Shown piece by piece: positions 13,309 to 24,599 of a stretch of DNA of 64,000 bases. Position 1 is the stretch's first letter. Each line of letters begins with the position of its first letter. The notes beneath the pieces were generated by a model. The model made no database searches. It was not told the DNA's origin and worked only from the letters and a program-made list of their open reading frames with translations. The position numbers and the translations under genes were made by a program. The DNA comes from Malacoraja senta (Eukaryota): assembly GCA_038087875.1 (NCBI GenBank), contig JAXLNO010000456.1, forward strand, positions 62,001 through 126,000. The letters are read 5' to 3'.

Positions 13309-14244
13309 ATGAGGGCCAGGGCAGTTTACTGTTCTGGATGTCAGATGTGGGAAGTCATGGAGTCTGATAGCCCTCCAGACGTCCACATCTGCGCCAGGTG
13401 TATCGAGATGGGGCTCCTAATGGACCGTATTAGGAACCTGGAGCAGCAGCTCGATGACCTCCGTCTGGTCAGGGAGAGCGAGGAAGTCATTGAGAGGAGT
13501 TACAGGGATGTGGTCACTCCAACAGCACAGGAGGCAGGCAAGTGGATCACGGTTGGGAGAGGCAAGGGGCACAGGCAGGGACTAGAGAGTACCCCGGTGG
13601 CTGTACACCTTGACAATAAGTACTCCTGTTTGAGCACTGTTGGGGTGGACAGCCTACCTGGGGGTAGCGACAGCGGCCGGGCCTCCGGTATAGAGACCGG
13701 TCCTGTTGCTCAGAAGGGTAAGGAAAAGAAGAGGAGGGCAATATTAATAGGGGACTCTATAGTTAGGGGGTCAGACAGGCGATTCTGTGGACGCAGTCGG
13801 GAGACCCGGATGGTAGTTTGCCTCCCTGGTGCCAGGGTCTGTGATGTGTCTCAACGTGTCCAAGACATCCTGAAAGGGCAGGGAGAGGAGCCCGAGGTCG
13901 TGATACATATAGGTACCAATGACATAGGTAAAAAAAGAGAAGAGGTCCTGAAAGGAGAATTTAGGGAGTTAGGAGGGGAGTTAAAGAGAAGGACAGCAAA
14001 GGTAACAATCTCGGGATTACTGCCTGTACCACGCGACAGTGAGAGTAGGAATGGAGCGAGGTGGAGGATAAATGCGTGGCTGAAGGACTGGTGCAGAAGG
14101 CAGGGATTCAAATTTCTGGATCATTGGGACTTCTTTTGTGGAAGGTTCGACCTGTACAAAAAGGATGGGTTGCACTTGAACCTGAGGGGGACCGATATCC
14201 TGGCAGGAAGATCTGCAAAGGCTACTGGGGAGACTTTAAACTAG
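13309..14244 (+). CDS. CR1 ORF1p (N-terminal Cys zinc finger, coiled coil, SGNH esterase)
   Basis: Motifs CSGCQMW...CARC, IGDSIVR, HIGTND and DGLHLN. Frame is uninterrupted. Confidence 0.9.
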   Translation: MRARAVYCSGCQMWEVMESDSPPDVHICARCIEMGLLMDRIRNLEQQLDDLRLVRESEEVIERSYRDVVTPTAQEAGKWITVGRGKGHRQGLESTPVAVHLDNKYSCLSTVGVDSLPGGSDSGRASGIETGPVAQKGKEKKRRAILIGDSIVRGSDRRFCGRSRETRMVVCLPGARVCDVSQRVQDILKGQGEEPEVVIHIGTNDIGKKREEVLKGEFRELGGELKRRTAKVTISGLLPVPRDSESRNGARWRINAWLKDWCRRQGFKFLDHWDFFCGRFDLYKKDGLHLNLRGTDILAGRSAKATGETLN

Positions 14245-14423
14245 AATGGTTGGGGGGAGGGACTCAAATAGAGAATGCTATTAGACAGTGTGTGAGGCAG
14301 GAGGCAGAGAAGGAAAGCACTCAGACCCAACATGTAGGGGGGAAAGAAGAAAACAATAATAAACAGAGAATAAGAGGTGGTGAGGTTCTTAAATGGGTGA
14401 GCAGAGAAACAGAGGGGTGTAAA

Positions 14424-17360
14424 ATGCGGGCGGAAGCAATAGGTAGCAAGGTGAAAGGTAAAAGTGGCAGGCAGACAAATCCAGGGCAAAAATCAAAAAG
14501 AGCCACTTTTCAACATAATTGTATAAGGGGTAAGAGCGTTGTAAAAACAAGCCTGAAGGCTTTGTGTCTCAATGCAAGGAGCATTCGTAATAAGGTGGAT
14601 GAGTTGAACGTGCAGATAGCAATTAATGATTATGATATAGTTGGGATCACGGAGACATGGCTCCAAGGTGACCAAGGCTGGGAGCTGAACATCCAGGGAT
14701 ATTCAATATTCAGGAGGGATAGAGAGAAAGGAAAAGGAGGTGGGGTAGCGTTGCTGGTTAGAGAGGAGATTAACGCAGTGGAAAGGAAGGACATTAGCTT
14801 GGAGGATGTGGAATCGGTATGGGTAGAGCTGCGAAACACTAAGGGGCAGAAAACGCTGGTGGGTGTTGTGTACAGGCCACCTAGCAGTAGTAGTGAAGTT
14901 GGGGATGGCATCAAACAGGAAATTAGAAATGCGTGCAACAAAGGCAAAACAGTTATAATGGGTGACTTCAATCTACATATAGATTGGGTGAATCAAATTG
15001 GCAGGGGTGCTGAGGAAGAGGATTTCTTGGAATGTATGAGGGATAGTTATCTAAACCAACATGTAGAGGAACCAACGAGAGAGCAGGCTATTCTAGACTG
15101 GGTATTGAGTAATGAGGAAGGGTTAGTTAGCAGACTTGTTGTGCGTGCCCCCTTGGGCAAGAGTGATCATAATATGGTTGAGTTCTTCATTAGGATGGAG
15201 AGTGACATTGTTAATTCAGAAACAACGGTTCTGAACTTAAAGAAAGGTAACTTTGAGGGTATGAGACGTGAATTGGCCAAGATTGACTGGCAATTAGTTC
15301 TAAAAGGGTTGACGGTGGATATGCAATGGAAGGCATTTAAAGACTGCATGGATGAACTACAAAAATTGTTCATCCCAGTTTGGCAAAAGAATAAATCAAG
15401 GAAGGTAGTGCATCCGTGGATAACAAGGGAAATCAGGGATAGTATCAAAGCAAAAGATGATGCGTACAAATTAGCCAGAAAAAGCAGCATACCAGAGGAC
15501 TGGGAGAAATTCAGAGACCAGCAGAGGAGGACAAAGGGCTTAATTAGGAAAGGGAAAATAGATTATGAAAGGAAACTGGCAGGGAACATAAAAACTGACT
15601 GCAAAAGTTTTTATAGATATGTGAAGAGAAAGAGATTAGTTAAATCAAATGTAGGTCCCTTGCAGTCAGAAACAGGTGAATTGATCATGGGGAACAAGGA
15701 TATGGCAGACCAATTGAATAACTACTTTGGTTCCGTCTTCACTAAGGAAGACATAAATAATCTGCCGGAAATAGCAGGGGGCCGCGGGTCAAAGGAGATG
15801 GAGGAACTGAGTGAAATCCAGGTTAGTCGGGAAGTGGTGTTGGGTAAATTGAATGGATTAAAGGCCGATAAATCACCAGGGCCAGATATGCTGCATCCCA
15901 GAGTACTTAAGGAAGTAGCTCCAGAAATAGTGGATGCATTAGTGATAATTTTTCAAAACTCTTTAGATTCTGGAGTAGTTCCTGAGGATTGGAGGGTAGG
16001 AAACGTAACCCCACTTTTTAAGAAGGGAGGGAGAGAGAAAACGGGGAATTACAGACCAGTTAGTCTAACATCGGTAGTGGGGAAACTGCTAGAGTCAGTT
16101 ATTAAAGATGGGATAGCAGCACATTTGGAAAGTGGTGAAATCATTGGACAAAGTCAGCATGGATTTACGAAAGGTAAATCGTGTCTGACGAATCTTATAG
16201 AATTTTTCGAGGATGTAACTAGTAGAGTGGATAGGGGAGAACCAGTGGATGTGTTGTATCTGGACTTTCAGAAGGCTTTCGACAAGGTACCACATAAGAG
16301 ATTAGGATACAAACTTAAATCACACGGTATTGGGGGTTCAGTATTGATGTGGATAGAGAACTGGCTGGCAAACAGGAAGCAAAGAGTAGGAGTAAACGGG
16401 TCCTTTTCACAATGGCAGGCAGTGACTAGTGGGGTACCGCAAGGCTCAGTGCTGGGACCCCAGCTATTTACAATTTATATTAATGATCTGGACGAGGGAA
16501 TTGAAAGCAACATCTCCAAGTTTGCGGATGACACTAAGCTGGGGGGCAGTGTTAGCTGTGAGGAGGATGCTAGGAGACTGCAAGGTGACTTGGATAGGCT
16601 GGGTGAGTGGGCAAATGTTTGGCAGATGCAGTATAATGTGGATAAATGTGAGGTTATCCACTTTGGTAGCAAAAACGGGAAGGCAGACTATTATCTAAAT
16701 GGTGGCCGATTAGGAAATGGGGAGATGCAGCGAGACCTGGGTGTCATGGTACACCAGTCATTGAAAGTAGGCATGCAGGTGCAGCAGGCAGTGAAGAAAG
16801 CGAATGGTATGTTGGCCTTCATAGCAAGAGGATTTGAGTATAGGAGCAGGGAGGTTCTACTGCAGTTGTACAGGGTCTTGGTGAGACCACACCTGGAGTA
16901 TTGCGTACAGTTTTGGTCTCCAAATCTGAGGAAGGACATTATAGCCATAGAGGGAGTGCAGAGAAGGTTCACCAGACTGATTCCTGGGATGTCAGGACTT
17001 TCATATGAAGAAAGACTGGATAGACTTGGCTTATACTCGCTAGAATTTAGGAGATTGAGAGGGGATCTTATAGAAACGTACAAAATTCTTATGGGGTTGG
17101 ACAGGCTAGATGCAGGAAGATTGTTCCCGATGTTGGGGAAGTCCAGGACAAGGGGTCACAGCTTAAGGATAAGGGGGAAATCCTTTAAGACCGAGATGAG
17201 GAAAAACTTTTTCACACAGAGAGTGGTGAATCTCTGGAACTCTCTGCCACAGAGGGTAGTTGAGGCCAGTTCATTGGCTATATTTAAGAGGGAATTAGAT
17301 GTGGCCCTTGTGGCTAAAGGGATCAGGGGGTATGGAGAGAAGGCAGGTACGGGATACTGA
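14424..17360 (+). CDS. CR1 ORF2p (APE endonuclease plus reverse transcriptase), intact; start codon uncertain
   Basis: Motifs [27 protein letters not shown] and FADD. Frame is open from 14061 to 17360. Confidence 0.9.
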   Translation: MRAEAIGSKVKGKSGRQTNPGQKSKRATFQHNCIRGKSVVKTSLKALCLNARSIRNKVDELNVQIAINDYDIVGITETWLQGDQGWELNIQGYSIFRRDREKGKGGGVALLVREEINAVERKDISLEDVESVWVELRNTKGQKTLVGVVYRPPSSSSEVGDGIKQEIRNACNKGKTVIMGDFNLHIDWVNQIGRGAEEEDFLECMRDSYLNQHVEEPTREQAILDWVLSNEEGLVSRLVVRAPLGKSDHNMVEFFIRMESDIVNSETTVLNLKKGNFEGMRRELAKIDWQLVLKGLTVDMQWKAFKDCMDELQKLFIPVWQKNKSRKVVHPWITREIRDSIKAKDDAYKLARKSSIPEDWEKFRDQQRRTKGLIRKGKIDYERKLAGNIKTDCKSFYRYVKRKRLVKSNVGPLQSETGELIMGNKDMADQLNNYFGSVFTKEDINNLPEIAGGRGSKEMEELSEIQVSREVVLGKLNGLKADKSPGPDMLHPRVLKEVAPEIVDALVIIFQNSLDSGVVPEDWRVGNVTPLFKKGGREKTGNYRPVSLTSVVGKLLESVIKDGIAAHLESGEIIGQSQHGFTKGKSCLTNLIEFFEDVTSRVDRGEPVDVLYLDFQKAFDKVPHKRLGYKLKSHGIGGSVLMWIENWLANRKQRVGVNGSFSQWQAVTSGVPQGSVLGPQLFTIYINDLDEGIESNISKFADDTKLGGSVSCEEDARRLQGDLDRLGEWANVWQMQYNVDKCEVIHFGSKNGKADYYLNGGRLGNGEMQRDLGVMVHQSLKVGMQVQQAVKKANGMLAFIARGFEYRSREVLLQLYRVLVRPHLEYCVQFWSPNLRKDIIAIEGVQRRFTRLIPGMSGLSYEERLDRLGLYSLEFRRLRGDLIETYKILMGLDRLDAGRLFPMLGKSRTRGHSLRIRGKSFKTEMRKNFFTQRVVNLWNSLPQRVVEASSLAIFKRELDVALVAKGIRGYGEKAGTGY

Positions 17361-18695
17361 GTTGGATGATCAGCCATGATCGTATTGAATGGCGGTGCAG
17401 GCTCGAAGGGCCGAATGGCCTACTCCTGCACCTATTTTCTATGTATCTATGTATCTAAGAAGGGGTGGTTTGGGTGGGAAGGGGCAAATTGACCAAGGAG
17501 TTACGGAGGGAGCGGTCTCTGCAGAAAGCCAACAGGGGAGGAGATGGAAAGATGTGGCCAGTGGTGGGATCCCATTGGTAGACAAAAAAGCTGGAGAAAA
17601 TCAGTGGGTAAGGCAGCATCCGTGGAGCGAAGGAATAGACGACGTTTCGGGTCGAGACCCTTCTTCAGATTGATGTCAAGGGGGGGGACATGAAAAAGAA
17701 AGGAAGAGGCGGAGACAGTAGGTTGTCGGAGAGCTGGGAATGGGAGGGGAAGGAGGGAGAAAGCAAGGACTACCTGCAATTAGAGAAGCCAATGTTCATA
17801 CCGCTGGGGTGTAAACTACCCAAGCGAGATATGAGGTGCTGCTCCTCCAATATGCGGTGGGCCTCACTCTGGCCATGGAGGAGGCCCAGGACAGAAAGGT
17901 CGGATTCGGAATGGGAAGGGGAGTTGAAGTGTTGAGCCAACGGGAGATCAGGTTGGTTATTGCGAACTGAATGGAGGTGTTGTGCGAAGCGATCGCCAAG
18001 CCTGCACTTGGTCTCACTGAGGTTGATCATACACTGAATAATCCAACCACATTTTTGTTTGGAAGTGGAAAGAAATAATAGAAATCGCATTCATTGCAAC
18101 GTGTAAAAAGAGTTGAGATACTGTATTATAATTTTGCTGCATGTCATTGTAGTATATATCATGTCTTGATTGGTGAATATGTTTAGTTTGTGGCTTTATT
18201 TGAAGCAGAAATAATATCTGAGTACTTCATTGAGCATAATTCCGACTGGTAACTACGCACTTCGCACGCGTCATGCAAGCCATCTTAAATGACCACCTCA
18301 ACTGTCATTTGGCAACTTAAAAAGCTGCCAAGGTTGCCCAGCTGACATCAGAGAAAAAAAATTAAGTGACAGCCCTGCAAGGTGTATAATATTTTTCTTA
18401 CATATGCTGTCACAACGCACTGTAGTCTCTAAACAACCCATCAGTAATTTTCATTGCCCTCCATTTCAGAATAATAGTGTTTTAAGCCAATAACTCGACA
18501 CTAGCAGTGGCAATAAATAAATAAATAAAGCACAGCTTTCCAGCCCCTTATCTCATTGGCCATGCTCGGCTGCAAATCGGTGTCAATCTGGTGGACCATC
18601 TTCCTCTAGTCGTGGGGGTGGGGGATTGGGAGTGGGGGGGGGGGGGCTCACAAGTGGAACAGCTTAGGGCCTCTCTTCATCTAAATCCGGCCCTG

Positions 18696-19115
18696 GGTGG
18701 CCTGCACCCTGCCTGGAGTTCTATGCAATTGAAATGTGGAGGCCTGCAACCAGCCTGGAGTGTGATGCAATTGAAATGTGGTGGCCTGCACCCTGCCTGG
18801 AGTGCCATGTAATTGAATGTGGTGAACTGCACCCTGCCTGGAGTGCTAAGCAATTGAATGTGCTGGCCTGCACCCTGCATGGAGTGCTATGCAATTGAAC
18901 GTGGTGGCCTGCACCCTGCCTGAAATGGAATTTCAAGGAATAGCCATGAGTGAGCTGCCAGCCACCAGCCCTGAGTGACTGAGTTGCCAACCCACCAGCC
19001 CTGAGTGACTGAGCTGCCAGTCCACCAGCCCTGAGTGACTGAGCTGCCAGCCCACCAGGCCTGAGTGACTGAGCTGCCAGCCCACCAGGCCTGAGTGACT
19101 GAGCTGTCAGCCCAA
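18696..19115. repeat. 41-bp minisatellite (18696-18925) followed by a 30-bp minisatellite (about 18945-19115)
   Basis: Units ggtggcctgcaccctgcctggagt...gcaattgaaatgt and gagtgactgagctgccagcccaccagccct. Confidence 0.85.
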
Positions 19116-20449
19116 GACTCCATTCGGCTCACAATGTCCATACTAGCCCTCTGGAAACCAGTCCGTTCGGCCCACTACACCCATACTAACGCTCCAGGAA
19201 GCCCCCCACTGGCCACTAATATTGGAATTGGGGGAGACGTGGAATATTGTGTTGGGGTCCAGCCCTTCCGTGTTGGGGGACCAGCCCTCCCGTGTGAACA
19301 TGGGACCCAACAGGTCCCACTTAGTCTATTGCCTTTTATGTGCTGAAGAGAAAACTGAAGGGGACTAGCCCCCAAAACAAGCATAAGCTAAAGATGGCTG
19401 CAATACCGGCCTGGCAGAGCATCACCAGGTCCTCATTCGGACTGTCTCCATGGAAGTGAAAGTCGTGTTTCCCCCAGGTCCGCATTTGGTGGCCACCAAT
19501 CCCAAAGAAATGAAAGCAGCAATTCTCCTTGTCACCCCCCACACTTCAGATAGACGGTGACTCTACACGTCTGCAACTTCTTCCCTTTCGAGGACAGTAC
19601 ATACTTATTTTAAATGTTTAACTACCACAAATAAATAGACTATTCCTTCACTGTTTTGAACGCCCTAACTGATTATATAATGACCTAAGATTTATAAATC
19701 AAAACACAAAGTGATGGAGTAAGACAGCGGGCCAGGCAACAGGTTGAGATAAGAAGGAAGGGCAGATGCTGGTTTACACAAAAGATAGACACTAAGTGCT
19801 GGTGTAACTCAGCGGGTCAGGCAGCATTTCTGGAGAATATGCACAGATCATGTTTCGGGTCGAAACCCGACTTCTACATTTTAACAATGACATAATTGCT
19901 GATAATAAAAGCGACTATATTTACTTGTTCTTGCAGAGAGAGGGATAAGGGGGAAGTTCTGGTTTTGTATCTGGCAAGTGGGTTGTGGGGGGGGGGGGAG
20001 GGGGCGGGGCTGTAAGCAAGAGCTGCATGTTTCCCCCAGGTCCGCATTCAGACTGTCTGTCCCCATGTAAGTGGAGGTCTTGTTACCCCCAGGTCCGCTT
20101 TCAGGGCCACCACTCGCAAGGAATTGAAGGCCGCGATTATATTTGCCCCCCTCCTTCCTCCCTCTCCCCGTTCCAGGTAAAAGGTGATTCCACTTCTCAG
20201 CAAGTTCTTCCATTTCGAGTACTGTACAAACCTTCTTCCTCTAGAAATTCAATATTCTCGCTTTAAAGTAGAGATCCCGTTGCCTTTTGAACGACACTGT
20301 GACCTCTGCCTTCACCGGCATTTTGTTTTTTCTGCAAAGCAAAACAATCGCTGTGTAAAAGGGGAAAAAAAGCTCTTTCTGGCATTCTTCCTTTTTTGTT
20401 GTTAATTACTTTCATTCCAGTAATGCCTTCTTTGGGTGGGGGTGTGTGT

Positions 20450-20480
<31 letters not shown>

Positions 20481-22235
20481 GTGGGGGTGGGGGTGAAGAG
20501 CTGGGGGTGAGAAAAGACGATGAGACCAAGATCAATGAAATGACCTGTCTGGCAGGTCCCATTGTTGGCTCGGGAAGGTGTGATCTCACGAGACAAACAA
20601 TGTGGAGAACTGTGGAACTGGTTACACGAGAAAGAAGGAGGAGGGAGTGAAATTTGTGTAAACAGTATTGAATGTACGTATAGCCACCGAGAATGTCGGC
20701 GAATTCCTTGCACGGTTTCTGTATTGGACATATTTTTTTCCTTGAATAAAGTTTATTTTGGGTTTTTTTTAAACATTGAATTCTCCAAATTTAAATAATT
20801 TCTCCTTACACTTCCCCCTCTCCCTCCCCCCTTCCTTGTCATTTGACCAGTTCCTCGGCACTCCACATTATTTGTTTATAGTTCACACCTTACCAATCCA
20901 ACAATGGACCTTCCAGCCGCCAATCATTTGTGTCTGGTCCTAATTGATCCTGGTCTTTTCTCACCGCCAGTTCTTCACCCCCCCCCCCACCCTCCCCTCC
21001 CCTCCCCCCACCCTCACCTTTCAGTTTGAAGAATGGCCCCGGCCGGTAAAGCCACTCAGCTTTTTTCTTCGGAGAAGCCGCCAGACCCACGGTGTTACTC
21101 CAGCGCTTTGTGTCTATCTTTGGTATAAACCAGCATCTGCAGTCGGGTGGGGGGGGGAAGTGGGTGCAAGAGCAAGAGCGGAGCTTTGGGATACCGAGGA
21201 GACACATGCGAGGGTCCTCATCTATGATAGAAGAGGTGAACCACCGTTCCCTAAAGATGAAGACATCTCGGATGACGCCCTGCAAATTGGAGAAACAGCA
21301 CCTCATTTTCGCTTGGACAACTTACAACCTAACAGTATGAACATTGATTTCTCTGACTTAAAACTTGCATCCCCCCCTCTCTCCATTTCCACCCGAACCA
21401 TCTTGCTAATTTCACCTTTTGTATTCGTTCTTTATCACCGCGTCCCCAGTCCATCATGGGCTCCACCTATCCTGAATCATCGATACAGATTCTGCTTGTT
21501 CTGCACCTTCCCATACCTCTAGTTTCCCCTTCCCCGACTCTCAGTCGGATGAAGGGTCTCGACCCGAAATGTCACCTATTCCATTTCACCACAGACGCTG
21601 CCTGACCCGCTGAGTTACTCCAGCATTTTGTGTCTATCTTCGGCGTAAAACCTACATCTGCAGTTCCTTCTTACACAGTGAACACAGAGGAAGAGGACTG
21701 AACTTTTTACTGCCTTCCCTCACAGCGGAAAATGGTGATTCTGCTGTGGGGGGGCGTTCATGTTAAATTCTATAGTGTGTTGTGTCTTTTTCGTTTTAAT
21801 TTTGTATGGATGTATGGAAACCCAATTTCTTCTATGTACTTTGGTACATAGAACAACACTTTGGTACAACACTTTGGTTTCAACCCGAGTTGATTTAAAT
21901 GTGCTATATAAATAAAAATTAGTTAAGGCCCTGTCCCACGGGCAGGCGGTTACAGGCGGTAAGCGCGGCGTCCCCGGAAGCGGGGACCGCGCGGCTGCCG
22001 CGCAGGGGCCGAGTGATCACCGTACGGCCTGTCCCACGAGCATGCGGCGATCGCGAACTTACCGGAAGCGGTTGCCGCGCGGATGCCGGGTGATCACCGC
22101 ACGGCCTGTCCCACGAGCATGCGGCGATCGCGAACTTACCGGAAGCGGGGGGTGCGTGGACGTCCATTTTGAGCGAAGTCTGTTTGAAGCTCGAGCCTGA
22201 CGCCATTTTGTTGCAGGCTGTTTATCATCATCACA

Positions 22236-23519
22236 ATGGAAGAGATTCAGATTGCATTGCTGCTACACCAAGAGACACTTCTGTTAGCAGCAGCCCTCGT
22301 GCTTGCAGGTCAGCTGTGCAGCAGTTCAACAAAGAAGGTTATGAAGAAGCCCAGGAAGAGGTCTGTGTGGACGAGATCTTTGTTCCGGATGAGACCTACT
22401 TTGGGCCAGTATGAGACCATGATGACGGATCTGCAGCGGGTAGATGATGCTGCCTTTAGAAATTTCACCAGGATCCCCCCTGACCTGTTTCAGGAGCTCA
22501 AGACACGAGTCGGACCTCTTCTGCAGAAAACGGACACCGTCATGCGGAAGTCAATGGAACCAGGCTTGCGCCTAGCCTTCACCCTCCGCTATCTTGCATC
22601 AGGGGATTCCTACAAGAGCCTCTCGTATAACTTCCGTGTGGCTCACAACACCATCAGCAGCCTAGTCCGAGAGACCTGTGACGCCTTCAACAAAACATAT
22701 GATGAGATTATTGACTGCCCCAGTACACCAGACGGGTGGAGGAGTGTGGTGCACGGCTTTCAAAGCAGATGGAACTTCCTGCACACATGTGGGGCTGTGA
22801 CGGGAAGCATGTGGCCATCCAGGGGAGGTTCTGTGTACTTCAACTACAAGAAGTTCCATTCCATCGTGCTGTTAGCTGTGGTCGATGCAAACTACAACTT
22901 CATGTTTGTGAATGTAGGCACACCTGGCAGTGCCGCAGATGGAGGGATCTGGAGAGAGACCTTCCTTGGGCAAGCATTGGAAGAAGGGAGAGCAGGCCTT
23001 CCTGATCCAGAACCTCTGCCGGGAGAAGACAACCCTGATATCCCCTACGCACTGGTTGGTGATGATGCCTTTGCACTCAGGCCATGGATGATGAAGCCAT
23101 ACCCTCACAGGCAGATGTCAAGGGAGCGAAGGATCTTCAATTACAGGCTGTCCAGGGCGAGGAGGGTCGTGGAAAATGCTTTTGGTATCCTTGCTAGCAG
23201 ATTCAGATGCCTGCTGACAACAATGGAGCAGGAGCCCGAGAATGTGCAGGCCATTGTCTACGCGGCATGTGTCCTCCATAACCTGATCCGCACCAGAGGT
23301 GCAGCTGCAGCCATGGTGGAGGGTGACACGATGGACAAACAGACAGGTGAAGGCACACCAGGTTCATGGAGAGCTGCAAGACAGGCATCACCGATGGTGG
23401 CACTAGGCGCATTGCAAAGAAACACCAGCAACAAAAGAGCAAAGGAGCAAAGGGACCATCTCTGTGCTTACTACAACTCAGAGCGAGGCAGTGTACCCTG
23501 GCAGAACAATATGTTGTGA
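22236..23519 (+). CDS. Harbinger DDE transposase (HARBI1-like); first catalytic Asp motif scrambled
   Basis: Motifs YFNYKKFHSIVL, LVGDDAFAL and FNYRLSRARRVVENAFG. The expected DGKHVAI appears only in a shifted frame at about 22799-22820. Confidence 0.9.
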   Translation: MEEIQIALLLHQETLLLAAALVLAGQLCSSSTKKVMKKPRKRSVWTRSLFRMRPTLGQYETMMTDLQRVDDAAFRNFTRIPPDLFQELKTRVGPLLQKTDTVMRKSMEPGLRLAFTLRYLASGDSYKSLSYNFRVAHNTISSLVRETCDAFNKTYDEIIDCPSTPDGWRSVVHGFQSRWNFLHTCGAVTGSMWPSRGGSVYFNYKKFHSIVLLAVVDANYNFMFVNVGTPGSAADGGIWRETFLGQALEEGRAGLPDPEPLPGEDNPDIPYALVGDDAFALRPWMMKPYPHRQMSRERRIFNYRLSRARRVVENAFGILASRFRCLLTTMEQEPENVQAIVYAACVLHNLIRTRGAAAAMVEGDTMDKQTGEGTPGSWRAARQASPMVALGALQRNTSNKRAKEQRDHLCAYYNSERGSVPWQNNML

Positions 23520-24599
23520 GGATCAAAAGCAAACAGGGGATGTCAGGGTTGTCTTCTCACGGCAGAGGTACCGGATCATGAAGGCCCCAGATCTTAAAAA
23601 AGGGGGATCTATGTATGTTGATGGATGTTTTTTGCTTGTGAAATTATTAATACTGTGATAATAATAATGCCTACATCACTTTCTTTGAAATTGCAAAAAA
23701 TTTAAAGCGGATAAATGCCTTTTTTGATTTTTATGGCGTATAATGACACATTTTGCAATTCAATGCAGTTCAATGCCTGTGTGTGTTTTATTTATCTAAT
23801 ACATCAAGGGTTTTATATGTGAGATCCATTCCATTATTAGACGTGGTTTCCATATGAGAGATCAACGCCATGATTAACAAACTCTTTTTTTCCACTACAC
23901 AATATTAGAATTAAACTGTTTATTTAGTGCAAGCAAACAAATAACATATTGAAAAACAAGAAACTAATTTTTAATGTGCAACACAATTCAACAGAATATT
24001 GTTTATTTAGTGCAAGCAAACAAATGACGTAGTGAAAAATAACAGGGAATAAAACGTTAATGTGCAACACACAAGCAGACAGAATAGTGAATGTTGGAGA
24101 CAACCTCACTCTTTACGGCCCATGTTCACTGGTTAATCCTCCATATAATAGTCTGAGAGATCTGTGCCGGAGTTGGCGCTTGGTTCGGGACCTATCCATG
24201 CCGCGTGACGAATGATGTGGAGGTGGGGTGTGTCCCCTGACATAGTGGGGGGGGGGGGGGCCTGCCATCCACGGGTATGCCATAGTCCGGGATTCCATCC
24301 TTGCCTGTGGGCAAAACACATAAGCGTATCAATATGTATGGGTGCCAAACAAATCATATAAAACAAATCACAACCTTTCACAAGCTGTGTGTCAGAGAAA
24401 ATCTTGAGTCAGGCTGAAGACTCACAAAGGTTTCACAGTGTACCTGGGGAGGATATTGTGGTGGCATCATCACCGTTTGTTGCTGTGGCATTAATGGCAT
24501 GGGCCTCATCGGACTCTGCAACACCAAGGAAATCATAGTAAATGATTCATAAACAGCATTAAAGTAAAACGTTTATAAATTCAATAAACTTTGATTAAA

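Larger units (their letters stand above)
13021..17457 (+). mobile_element. Full-length CR1 LINE
   Basis: 5'UTR with a 20-bp repeat (about 13204-13290), ORF1, ORF2 and an (ATCTATGT)n tail. It interrupts a Penelope-derived segment that is continuous in copy A (about 6010). Confidence 0.92.
11186..18695 (-). mobile_element. hAT-like composite element copy B (inverted), interrupted by Rex1 and CR1
   Basis: 17458-18695, 12952-13020 and 11186-11745 are reverse complements of 4729-6120 and 8874-9425. TIR at 18682-18695. Confidence 0.75.

Noticed and set aside
18696..19115. Regular repeats superficially like a CRISPR array
   Set aside because: These are head-to-tail minisatellites with no unique spacers, in a eukaryotic context with no cas genes.
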